NCBI GenBank assembly: GCA_048013815.1
Contig: CM106586.1
Coordinates: 15,066,169 to 15,130,000 of the forward strand
Source of the DNA: Setoptus koraiensis
Taxonomy: Eukaryota > Animalia > Arthropoda
DNA: 63,832 bases
Reading direction: 5' to 3'
Both the position numbers and the translations under genes were made by a program. Under the pieces are notes generated by a model. That model saw only the letters and a program-made list of their open reading frames with translations. It was not told the origin of the DNA and did no database searches. Of the stretch, positions 27,001 through 39,000 are shown in pieces (the stretch's first letter is position 1; every line of letters begins with the position of its first letter).

Positions 27001-30000
27001 ATCCATCTTGGTCTCTCGAGACACACAAAATAAGCGAATTGAATACCTGCTCGCTTGTTTATCCATCACGGCGGCCATTTTTCGCATCATCGATCTTTCT
27101 CCGGCCGAAAAGTTAAGCCGCCTAACCGGTCCGAGATCCGCCATCATCCGCTCATGTACTCACCCTCCCCCGCTAGATCTAGCTGTGCAAGGCACTCGCC
27201 AGGGGCAAGCGGTACGGGCCTCACGCTTGACAACAAATGATTCTTACAGCCGAATGCCATTTCAGACCCCAGCTACTGGCTTAATCCTAGCCTATTGCGC
27301 ATGATTTTTATTTTTGTTGATAAATAACCGATACAAATTGATCATTGGCGATATCATAAATCATTTCCACCGCACAAACAAATGGAAAAAACATTGCCTA
27401 AAAGACTTGAATTGGCCACATCAGAATACTTCCACTGATAGAAAATCAATCTATGGTCTCACTCAAACTCGTCAGTATTTTAGAAGATCAGTTGGATAAG
27501 GCCAAGAGCTAATTTCGTTTTGCTGTCTGACGGGCAACTCCAGCGTATATTTGCCCCCTTCGCTCAGTACGTCCTCTACGTCTTCGATCACTTTGCAAAT
27601 CATTGCTGCCGTATACAGGGGTGCAATCGGTTGATAAGTGCTGAGAACACTATCGATGAATTGTTGATCACTGACCCCCAGCAGCTTCTTCAAAACCAAC
27701 AGATCGTTGATGGCTGCGCTGAAATCGTAATATCCCTTACTTCCCGATAGGAAAGGGGCACACAATGACTGTTTCTGTTTAGCAAAAAACTCTCCTTTCA
27801 TTTCTGTCTTTTGAGTGTCCAGCGATTGCTTGTTCACCAAATAGTATCCGAAATTTTCCAATAATTGCTGTCGTGTTGAAAAATCGTCTTCCTTCAAACC
27901 GGAAGCCATTCGAGCCGCCATTCGCAAGTTAACAGGGGATGACGAATACTTTCCTGATGCCACTTGCAGCACTTTCATCATTTGTCTGGGCCAATGAAAT
28001 CTTCGACTCTGCTGATGAGCGTCACTTTCGGTACCGAAGCATGTCTTGACACGACATACAAGAGTGAATTCATTCTTGTACCATTTCTCGGCCTCTAGAT
28101 TGATTTGTTGTATTCTGTCGAAGAAGCGCTGCTGCTTTTTAGGCGCAATTTCCGGATAGGGCCATTGTGCAATATCGCTCTCATTAGTGATCATTGGTAA
28201 CTCTAACTGAAGATGATCAGTATCCCAGTCCGATGCGCCCACCATACTATCAAATATTTGACAAATTATTGAAGCCGGATACACAGCCGCAATAGGTTGA
28301 TCAGTATCGAGAACTAGCTCAATAAATTTTTTGTCGTCGACATTTTCCTCATCCTTCAATACTCTGAGCTTCTTGAACCATTCGTGAAACTTCAAATAAC
28401 CGTTACCTTGTGGCAACAACGCCCCACACATTCGATCTTGCATCTGCGTTATGAATTTGTTCCATGCTGCAGCTTTGTACTTAGTTGGGTCCGATGGCGG
28501 CCGCTCTTCGGAATCCGAATCCGAGCTGGAGTCGCTATCATCGTAATCGTAGTCACTGCCATAGTCAGAATCTTCATCCGGATCTTCGCTGTAATCTGGC
28601 ATATAGTCGAATTCGCCTGACAAATATTTTCCAATATTCGCTAAAAATTCTTGCTGTGTCGACAGATTGTTTGCTCTTAAACCGGAAATCATGCGAGCAA
28701 CTTTTGTCAAGTCAATTTTATCGTCATACGAAGATCCTGTGAACACTTGTAAGGCGGCCATAACTTGCGTAGGCCATTTGGAGAAGAGGCTCTGTAAAAT
28801 GGCCTCATTGCCCTCACCGGATGCGTGCATTAGTCTAAATGATTCATCTTTGTTCCATCTCACAATTTCGTCGTTAATATTTTCCAGTTGCTCCAAAAAT
28901 TGGCGTTGTGCTTGCACCAGGCAAAAATTGCAGCTTAGGGCTAACACAATAGCCAAAACGCCGGCACTCAAAACGCTCCTGAACTCCATAATCAAGCAAA
29001 TTTATCAGATGTGCAGAATCGTTGATTTCTCTCGTGAATACGTCTCACTGGATAGTTGCCTGAAATTTTCAACAAGTTTTCAAGCTCTATTTTTTACTAT
29101 TTTTTCTTCACAAAACATGTATTTGATAATGATTTCGGGGGCATTCTTGTATCCACATCGTGAGTTGCCGCACCTACAACATTCCGACAATCGTTTTATA
29201 GCTATTCTTAGCTCATGAAAATGACTGGACAGTATCTGAGAACCAATGTATCGCTTCGCAAACACGAATGCCTGTTGGAATTCATCTGCTGGTGGAGATA
29301 AATTTAGCCATGAGCATTACAGTGTCACAAGATATTTTTTCGGGTATCACGACGATAGTAGTTGGCAGTCGACGACTTTCGATCACAAAAACATAATGAA
29401 CGCGGCGAACGCATGCCCCGACTATCGCTAACAAAACATTAGTGATAGTTGGAAGAGCACCCGCTCCCGATTTCAAGTCAGGTAGATGGGAACTTTTTCT
29501 CCCGTCTCCCTTCTCAGGGGGTCCCTCGCATCCCTACTACAAGGCGCCTATGTTATCTGGATTTTTCAGTGATAAAAATTCCAAGTCTTCATTTTCTATC
29601 GATTGTCGCAGGAATTTTATATTGTACCTTCGAAGTTTTTTCCATGAATTCCATTCAGTCCAGAGCCATTTTTAGATATTTGTAAAAGATAAAAGCAGCA
29701 ACATTCTGACTATCTATGGGTGTTTCCGTCATTTATTTTCGTACCGTAAATCAATATCAGAATCGAATTTCTTGAGTGAGTATAATGTGAGAAATACATA
29801 AGATGAAAAGTGAAATCGGTTGATTGTTTCAGATGTTTATTCGATCTAGTTGAACATATTGATGATATTTAACCATCTTGCAATCTATTTTACTAAGGGA
29901 TAAGGCCATGCCCCGATCACGTCTTCGTTACTGCTCGGCAATTTCAACGCGAATTGCCCGTTAGATTCGTCTATATAGCCTGTAATGTTATCGACGACCT

Positions 30001-33000
30001 GACAGAGTAGCGCGGAAGAATATAGCGCTCCAATCGGTTCTTGAGTTGTGACAACGAGTTCAATGAATCTCTTATCATCAACGTTCTCATTTTTTTTCAA
30101 TTCTAGCAGGTCCTTGATTGCACCCAGAAAATTGAAATATCCCTTACTGTTTGATCTGTAAGGTGTGCACAAATCCCTCACTTGCTGGAAAAATATACTT
30201 AAATCCATTTCGTTATTTGTGAAAGTGAATTTCGTTGACAGAAACGCCCCGAAATTGGATAAGAACTCTTCTTGTATTGCCTTATCTTCATGTTTTATGC
30301 CGCCAGTAATTCGCAAAACTTGTCCCATATCGACCGAATTTCTCGGATGTCTTCTTGTTGCTATTTGCAGCACCCTCATCATCTGTCGAGGCCAATGATT
30401 GGCCACACTCTGACGATGAGCACCACTAGTCATACCGATAGCTGCTTTCACACTTCTTGCTATATTGATTTCTTGTTTGAACCACTTGTCGACCTGTTTA
30501 TTAATCTCGGCAACCTTATCCAAAAAGTTTGCTTGCCCTTGAACCCCTGAGCTGCAGCTCATGGCAAGCACAACAGTAGTGATAACTCCGATGCTAACAA
30601 CATTGATCCACTTCATCATTCAAGATGGATGATGCAACTATCCTTTTTGGTTAATTGTTGTATCTTTTTTACTGCGACGCGCTCATTGTTATCTGGATTT
30701 TTCAGCGATAAAAATTCCAAGTCTTTATTTTCTATCGATTGTATCAGAAAATGTCGAGTAGTATATATATTCAAACAGTGCACAAATTTATATTGTACCT
30801 TCGAGATTTTTCCCATGAATTCCATTCAGTCTAGAGCCATTTTTAGATATTTGTAAACGATAAAAGCAGCAACACTGAGATCGTTTCGAAAATAAAACCT
30901 GTTACGACATGCCAACTAAATTGTGCTTTTTTTTTATCATGATGTCTATGATTACGATCAATCTGTCTTTTCTACATTGATGTGCTCTGAAGTACGAAAA
31001 TTTGGGTGAAACTGGAAATAAATTTTTCTTTCGGGCTATATATATAAGTAAGCAATTATATCTGCTTAGTTTGGCTGAGAGTTAGCTCATTTGGTTCAAA
31101 GACCAATGAATCAATGCCAGTCCTAAAATTCGTCGTTAGCAAATGATAGCTTAAAGTTCCACTCCGACACACCCGTATGTGCAACCTCTTCTGACTTGCG
31201 CCTGTAATCTCATGGATATTGCTGAAATTCTCATTGGGCCGAGGTTTTCCGGAGGTTCATGATTAGGCTAACAGACAGTATTCACTTTAGATGGGTGTCT
31301 AACTATTTTCTAATGCATGTGTCTAAAGAAGGCAGACCATAATTCGAATTATTCAAATCTATTTTTGCACCTGAATATATCGCACTCTTTTTCAAACTAT
31401 CCAAGTGTATTGAATGTATTAAAGCTCATATGAACAAGTCAGACTGCTATTGTCAGTTTCTCAAGCAATCGACTCCACATCCATAGGCACTAAAGAGAGG
31501 AAAAGATAGCTTTTTTTATTTTTTACATTTCTGTTTACGAAATACGTTGACGAAATAATTAGTCATCGGAATAATACAGATACTCAAAGTCACACGGCTT
31601 CCGGCTCATTGTTGCTAGAAGTTGATGCGTGTGAGAGAAAATAATCAAGAGCTGGCACAGAATTTTCAGTGTCATCGACATAGGGCCAATCAGAAATTGC
31701 GTTGCTAGCGCTTAATGGGAATTCCAAATTCAATCTTTTGCTAGTTTCTGATTTCTCGCCTTCTATGGCATCGATAACTTGACAGATCATCGCAGCCGAA
31801 TATAATGGAGCAATTTGTTGATCTGATAGAACAACACGATCAATAAATAGTTTATCATTGATATTTTCCGTTCTCTTTAATTGAATGAGATCATAAATGG
31901 CTCCGCGAAAGTTGAAATACTTCTCACTTTCTAGTCTAAACGGCAAACACAACTCCTCTTGCGCGTATTCCATGAGCATGCCAAAATCTAGTTTTACGTT
32001 CTTCATTTTAGTCATCGTGGTAACGAAATGTTTGAATTGGACCATAAATTTTTCTTTCTCAGACAAATTATTAACTTTTAAAACGCCTTTGAATCTGTTA
32101 GCTAGAAAATTGCCAAAATTGATCATAAATTCATGCTGTATGACAGGGTCATTATGTTTTAGGCCGGCAGTAGTACGAACAACTTTCCTCATATCAACTG
32201 CACTCTTCTGGGACACTCCGGTGGCTATCTGCAGCACCATCATCATTTGTCCAGGCCAATGAGAGCGCTTCGATTGGACACAAGATTCACTACTTGCGCC
32301 CCAAGCCATTCTTGGAAAGAACTTCGTTTGACTGTACCATTGCTCAACCTCTTGATTGATCAGCTGTACCTGGGCTGCGAATTCGTGGCCCAGGCTGACC
32401 TCCATGAAACAACAGCTCATGCCAACCATAATAGCCGCAGTTGCCAAGTTGATAACATTGATCGCCTTCATTGTTAGGTGTAAATTAATTATCATTGCTT
32501 GTATAGATTTGCGAAGATGCAAACTCTTGCAATTTTTTCTCGTTTTTTCCTGGTTTAGCTCAGATTTAGTTGAACGGGTTGATCGACGCTAGATTTCCAA
32601 AAACCAAAGAAAGGAGGCAGTTTTTGAGTAGAAGCTACTATTGGCTAGATTATTTTTAGATTTTGTATTTGGGCACACCGCCACAAGTGCGCACTAGCGT
32701 GTGACAGATGGTGGATTTGTGACAATTGTCTCGGCCGGAAATTTTAGATTTGTGCATTTACACGAACTAACTCAACTGGGGCCAGCTCATCTGAGGCCTC
32801 AAAAGCCGCGGTGAGTCTAACAGATACTCACACCAACACGAGTGATAGTTCACCCTAAGTGAAACAAGCAGACAAATTTTCTGATGTTCAGAAGATTGGT
32901 CTGGAAAATCAGTGGAAAAGTATGGGTTTTTTATTTGAGAAAAATCTATTGAATGACATAGGGCCAGTATTTAGCAATTTTCTCGTGGTCTCCCGGTATA

Positions 33001-36000
33001 TGAATTCCCTTTTGTTCGTCTAAGCGACGACATAGCAATGCCGCCGAATACAGTGGCGAAATAGTCGCTTTGGTGTCGACAACGATTGCGATGAACGACT
33101 GATGATCGATCAGATTCTCTCTTTTGATCCGCAAAAGATCCTTGATGGCTGCGGTGAAATTGAATTCACCATCACCTTGCCGCCTGAAAGGCTTGCACAA
33201 AGTCTCGTGTAATCTATACGAGTCCATCATATCAGCCAACTGATCTCTGCGAGAAAGTTTTTTTTCAAAATATTTCACCAAGTTAGCATGAAACTCAATT
33301 TCCTCTTCGTGGTGATTTAGTTGCAAACCGCTCACTATTCGATAAACCTCATCCATATTTATGGGGCCCGATGTAGGTGCCCCTGTGGCCACTTGCAATA
33401 TCTTCATCATTTGTCGAGGCCAATGTTGTTGTTCGCTTTGGCGCTGAGCTCCGCTAACAAAACCCATGGCTCGCTTGATCTTTCTCAGTAAATCAAATTC
33501 ACCCTGGTACCATTTTTCGACTTCTTGATTAATGGTGTCCACTTGGGACCTTAGGTCATCTTTTCCATTTGGGGTACAAGCAAACAGTTGTGCCAAACTG
33601 ACTGAAACTATCAGTGCAGTTAATAGCTTTGTCGTTCCGTAAATTTTTTGCTTCATCACCTGTCCGTTGTTGACCGAATGTTGTATTATCTCTAAATTGA
33701 CAACAGATTACTGATTACAAATCGTTGCTGCTAGCTAGTGGTGCAAAATTGATAGATATGTTGACTATATCGATAGTATTAAATTAATCTCGAAGTTTCA
33801 TTCGTGAAGCGAAGAAGCAAGATGAGAGTATTTATAACCGAGCTTAAAATATATCTCCGTGATGTGTGTATGGGACACCGAGGCTCGAAACGTAAACAAA
33901 ATAGTTATTAATAAACGAGTTGGAATTTCGTGAGAAAACTTTGAATCAGCTCAATTCAAACCTTTGCCAAGTTTTAGGATGAAATAATAATTCATGGACA
34001 TTCAATTGACTTGTGGATTTTCATTTTTCTTAATTCCTGAATCTTTGAATTAAAGATTGGATTGTTATTTAATGCTTCCATCTAACATTTTGTTTCAGTT
34101 GATTAAATGAGTACGAAATGAGGAGATAGTTGCACCTGATCACGAATAATCCTTTCGATCTAATTGTGAATTAGACTAGAATCTAATTACATTAGCCTTC
34201 TTGATTGATATTGTTGGTTCATTTACAGTCGATACGGTCAGCATTCGCGGGCCATCTTCTATCGCTATTTTCATTTCAATCGATGTTTCAAACGATCTGT
34301 TTTTGGTCTTAAATTGACCTCAAGCCAACGTGTATGGCCAGTCACGCATCACCTCATCGATATTCTGAACTACACCCAATCTAAAGTTACGTTCTTTCTC
34401 TCCACTCCTTCTAATTGTTAAATGTTTAATATAACGACATAGGAAGGCTGATGTGTAAAGTGGAATCATCATATCTGCAGTAGATTCGTCCATCAAAAGC
34501 GTTCGCTGAGTGTCGAAACCAAGAAAAGTTTTAAGTTTGTTCATTTCCAACATTTGCTCAAACGACTGCCCAAAATTAAACTTGCCACTACCTGAGGAAG
34601 ATTCTTGTGCCTCCATCGAAAACGGTTTACACAACTTTTTTATCAACTTAGCATATTCTCTTTTTGATTCTTCGTCTGCAGGGGCATCGAAGATATCTAT
34701 CTTATCGGTAGTATATTTCTCAAGATTGCGAAAAAGCAGACTTATTGCATCGCGATCGTGCCTCTTAAGACCTGAACTTATATTTTGAATTTCTACCATA
34801 TCTATTGGTTCAGTGCTTGGTTTTCCTTCAATTACTTGCAATATTTTTATCATCCTCTTCGGCCAATGAAATCTCTCACTTTGTTTATTCACCTGACTAG
34901 AGTAAATACATTTTTTCACTTTAGCTAAAGCTCTGTTTGACTCACTCTGAAACCATTTCTCCATCTTAGAATATATTTCTTTTGTTTTTGACTTGAAACA
35001 ATTGCCGGCTAACGGTGACACTAGATCTGTCAATAATTGGACGTAAGTGTCTGATTGTGAATCGCTAAGTGTTTTGTAGCAGTTGCCAAATCTCAGATAC
35101 AATTCAATCCAGTTATCGTCACAAAGTTCATTTGGATTTCTTTTCCTCAAAACCATTCCATCGGCTAGGAGTTGATTTAAACACTGCTGGGCTTCACCGG
35201 TACTAATGTCGCCCAATTTGGTTCCGTCATACATTTCTCTTAACAGTCTGTTGTCTTTTAGCTTATTTATCGTTTCTAATTTTATCTTATCACCCCCTTG
35301 ATCGGACACACTGTAATTCGGTTCCTCGTAGAGATACCCCAAGCAACTATCCAGCAATACAAAATCTTCCAGTTTTTGCAATTTATAATTGTTGGGGATG
35401 AATGTTGTCTTGAGATATTTCATACAAACATCACCAATGGGCGAGCTGACGCGCCAATCGTCATCGTCTAACGGCTCGCGGTCTTGACTCAACTGTCTTG
35501 TAATAGTTGGCTCCAAGAACGATCGAAAATATGTCTGATAGAAATCGCGATAAGGCTCCCCAGAGACTATATGATTGATGTTGATCTTGGCCAAATGGCC
35601 CATGGATTGTCGGCCTGCATAAAGTCTACTGCTGGCGCTTAGCAGTGCAAGGGATAGATTGATTTGAATTAGAATTGTCACTCTTTTCAACATCCTCGAT
35701 CCTTGATAGAAACATATGGACGCAAGCAAATACTGCCTAACAGTTTCGGAAGCTCAATTGTGTTCTTATGCCAAGATAGAAGAAAAATACGTAAAGTTTT
35801 TCAAGCACATTCTCACATCTTTTTTGGCATGTGATATTTTTAGATTAACAGTCGTTTTCACTCGAAGCCGGCCTAAAATTTGATCTGATACAAGTAGTGT
35901 GGCGGAAAAAACTACTTTAATACAAGGTGTTTAAAACGTTTAGGACAATTCGTGTTTCAAACACATGCGTCTGATCCAACCACGAGGTTAATTGAGCGCT

Positions 36001-39000
36001 GATCATGAGTGTTGAAAACTAATCAGCGAAAGAAGAAGTGATTGGGATTGTTTGGCAGCGACAAGGTTGAGTTGCTGCATCGACTAACAAACAAACAGTG
36101 TGTTTGCCATATGTTTGTTCGCCTATGTTTCTGATTCACGATTTGAGAGTTTCCTTCCTTTCTCCGAGATTCCCTCGGAGAGAGGCCCTGATGAAACAAA
36201 ACTTGTACGTAAATCGACGTAAGCGTGTCCGACTCGAGTTTTTGTTCATTCATTTGTTCTCACAAGATAGCGTGCCCAATTGCAGCACCCCGATTTGGGT
36301 TTGACGTACCGAGAGCTCGAAATTCTATTTCGATCATGTTGAAAAATCCAACCTACCAAACAAGAACAGAATTTCTTCGGAAATTTTCTAAAGTCTGGAG
36401 TGATAGCGCAGCGGGTAGACCTTTCATTTCGTTCGAATGGTTAGAATGGTTAGGGCTAACGAAAACCTAGCGAATGGGTTAGTCTGCTTATTATATAAGA
36501 CTTGACGCTAACTGACGGCAGGTGAGACACGTTTAGACAGGATGTAATTAAAGTTAATGGCCTTAAATAATGACATTGCAGTAACGTGTGTATGTGTGTT
36601 TCGCGATAATGATTGCGTCAGATGGAATTTATTAGGGCAACAATTTAATTGATGGCTATGATTATTAAACATAGAGACAGACCTGTTATTTCTTCGAATT
36701 GGTTAATTATTTTTGTGTGCGCCCCCGTGGATCTTCAGATTGTCTTGTATTGGGCGCTGACTAATTATATATCACTTGCAGCACTTATCTATCCGATGAC
36801 GTCGGCTCAGATCTTTAATCGTGAGCTTGTCAAAATGACAACACTGGCCAGAGTTGCATAACTACGTCCGCGTTGTGCGCTATCTCAACACTGTAGCTAG
36901 TCTTCATCGGAGTCAGTGGGTCTTTTTTGTTGCTGACACGTCCAACAGTTAGACCCATGTAGCGACACATAAAGTTGGCCGCATACAGAGCCCACGAATC
37001 GGCGTTTTTCGCCTCTATTTCGCGCATAAATGTTCTTTCGTCTAGACCAAAGAAATCGTCGAAGAATAGCATGCTTACTAGCTGATAAATGACACCATTG
37101 AAATCATATGTTTTCGGTTGTGTTTGTATTTCGGTACCGTTGCTCATCATACCAGCGGCCACCGGTATCGACGATGGCGATCTGAATGGTCTGCATAATT
37201 TCGCTATCAAATCCCTGTATCGTTTCGTGCCATCGGGATCGTCATAAGCGTCCGTTCTAATTGTAATCTTGCCATTGGCATAATTGGCTAAATTATGCTC
37301 GAACTTTTTCTCCAATGGTTGAATATGATGTTTCAATCCATCAGCCAGGGTACGCACATATTGTAGATCTATGGCGCTCGTTTCGGGCTTGTCCGTAGCC
37401 GCTTGTAGCACGCGCACCAATTTCTTTGGCCAATGATGCTTGGAAATCTGTTTATCGGCCTCGCTGGCCATACCAAATGTCGCCTTGACACCTTTGGCCA
37501 ATCTGTCCACTCTTTCGCCTTGATACCATTTTTCCATTTCATTCTTCAATATCTCTACCTGGTTGTAGAAACAATGAACGGCCAATTCTTTCACTACTTG
37601 TGACACCATATCAATGTAGCTGTCCTTTTTCGCGGGCGACGGCTTCAGTACGGCTCTACAATCGGCATAGTTATTGTATTGCTCTAGCCATTGTTTGTTG
37701 CAATTCGTTGTTGAGTCGTCCAGCCTCAGTGACATAACATTCTTGAGCAACGATTTCAGGCACGCCAACGAATCTGTGTCTGTGATGTATTCCAATTGCG
37801 TACCCGAGTAAATTTTTTTCAAATTTTCATCTCTAATTAGCGCATTTATAGTCAATTTGCCCTGTTCATCATTCTCGTTATCTAACCACCTGTATTCGTG
37901 TTCATCGTACAAGTAGCCCAAACAAGCGTCCATCAAAATGAAGTCCTCAATATTGCGCAATTTATAGCCCAATAAAATGAAAGCCTTCAAGAAGTTGATA
38001 CATTGATGGTTGAGCGGCGAGTAAACGCGCCAATCATCATCGTGCAACGGTGCTGATTGGCCCAATTGTTTTGTTGTCATCGTGGGCTCTATGAACAATC
38101 TAAAGTACGCTCTGTATAGTTCCGTCAGCGTTTTTGTCCTGGCCAAATGGCCCATCTTCTGTCTTGGCTCATAGAAACCGCCCAAGCCGCCGCATTCGCT
38201 TGTAGCGGTCAAGCTGACCAGCAGCAAAATGGAGCATGCCAGCACAGATTGTAAATTCATATTCTATTGTATTATTGAATGACAATGTATTTCGTTTGGT
38301 GACGAATTAGAGGGGAACGGTATATTATAAGAGTCGCTATATTATGAGAGTGAGTCGCTATGATTTTTCTGTGATTTTTACGCAAATTTTTGAATCTGAA
38401 ATTTTGAATTTGCTGTTTAGCTCTGAAAAAATTGTGCTGCTACAATTGTGTCGATTATCTGCCATTTGATAGGTGCCACAACACAGCTATTGCGGCCGAA
38501 ATTATACAGCTACAGTTATGGATATACGAGTCGAGTAGTCACAGCAAAAGCGGCAGACAAAAAATCATACCGGCCGCTCACGAGCGCTACTATTTTTAGA
38601 AGCCAAGTCAAGCAACCAACAGCGCCCATGATTGTTTGCCCGATCGAGATTGCGAGTTTTGCTGAATTTCCAATGCAAGCAGCACTCACATCTGGCTTGA
38701 TGCTGTTTCGACAAGTTTCGACAAGTTACGTAAAGTCGTTGTTGATAGTCGTGCCAAAGCAAGTTGCGCGAGGATAAACATAAAGAGAGCAAATGTTTGC
38801 GAAGTGGTCCGTCCATCGAGCCATCCATCCATCCATTTCATCTATTGTTTCCGGAATTGACAAACGCCAAACACATCAACGCGGCCAGCCGTCTGTTGGG
38901 CTGTGTTTGGTGGGGTTTTTAGCAAGTCAAGTGAAAAGAAGAATTTACACTTCGTTACGACAAGTGCACTCGTTTTAGGTCGCATCTTTTCTTTTCGGAA

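Noticed and set aside
11550-27300. Dozens of 60-300 aa ORFs on both strands in the GC-rich introns (e.g. 18525-19253, 24979-25884, 16155-16628, 13766-14242)
   Set aside because: Arg/Ala/Cys-rich or repeat-derived translations on overlapping frames, mostly with non-ATG starts and no family motifs. This is expected in high-GC DNA with few stop codons.
31080-31130. Minus-strand HWSLNQMS, similar to the family HWPxQMM motif (possible seventh, decayed paralogue)
   Set aside because: The match is a few residues only, is flanked by stops, and no other core motif appears at the expected spacing.
27472-38260. Horizontal or viral origin of the intronless cluster
   Set aside because: Native housekeeping genes in the same window are equally intronless and similar in composition. 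There are no integrase, terminal repeat or bacterial operon/RBS features, and the genes have eukaryotic signal peptides and TATA-like elements.
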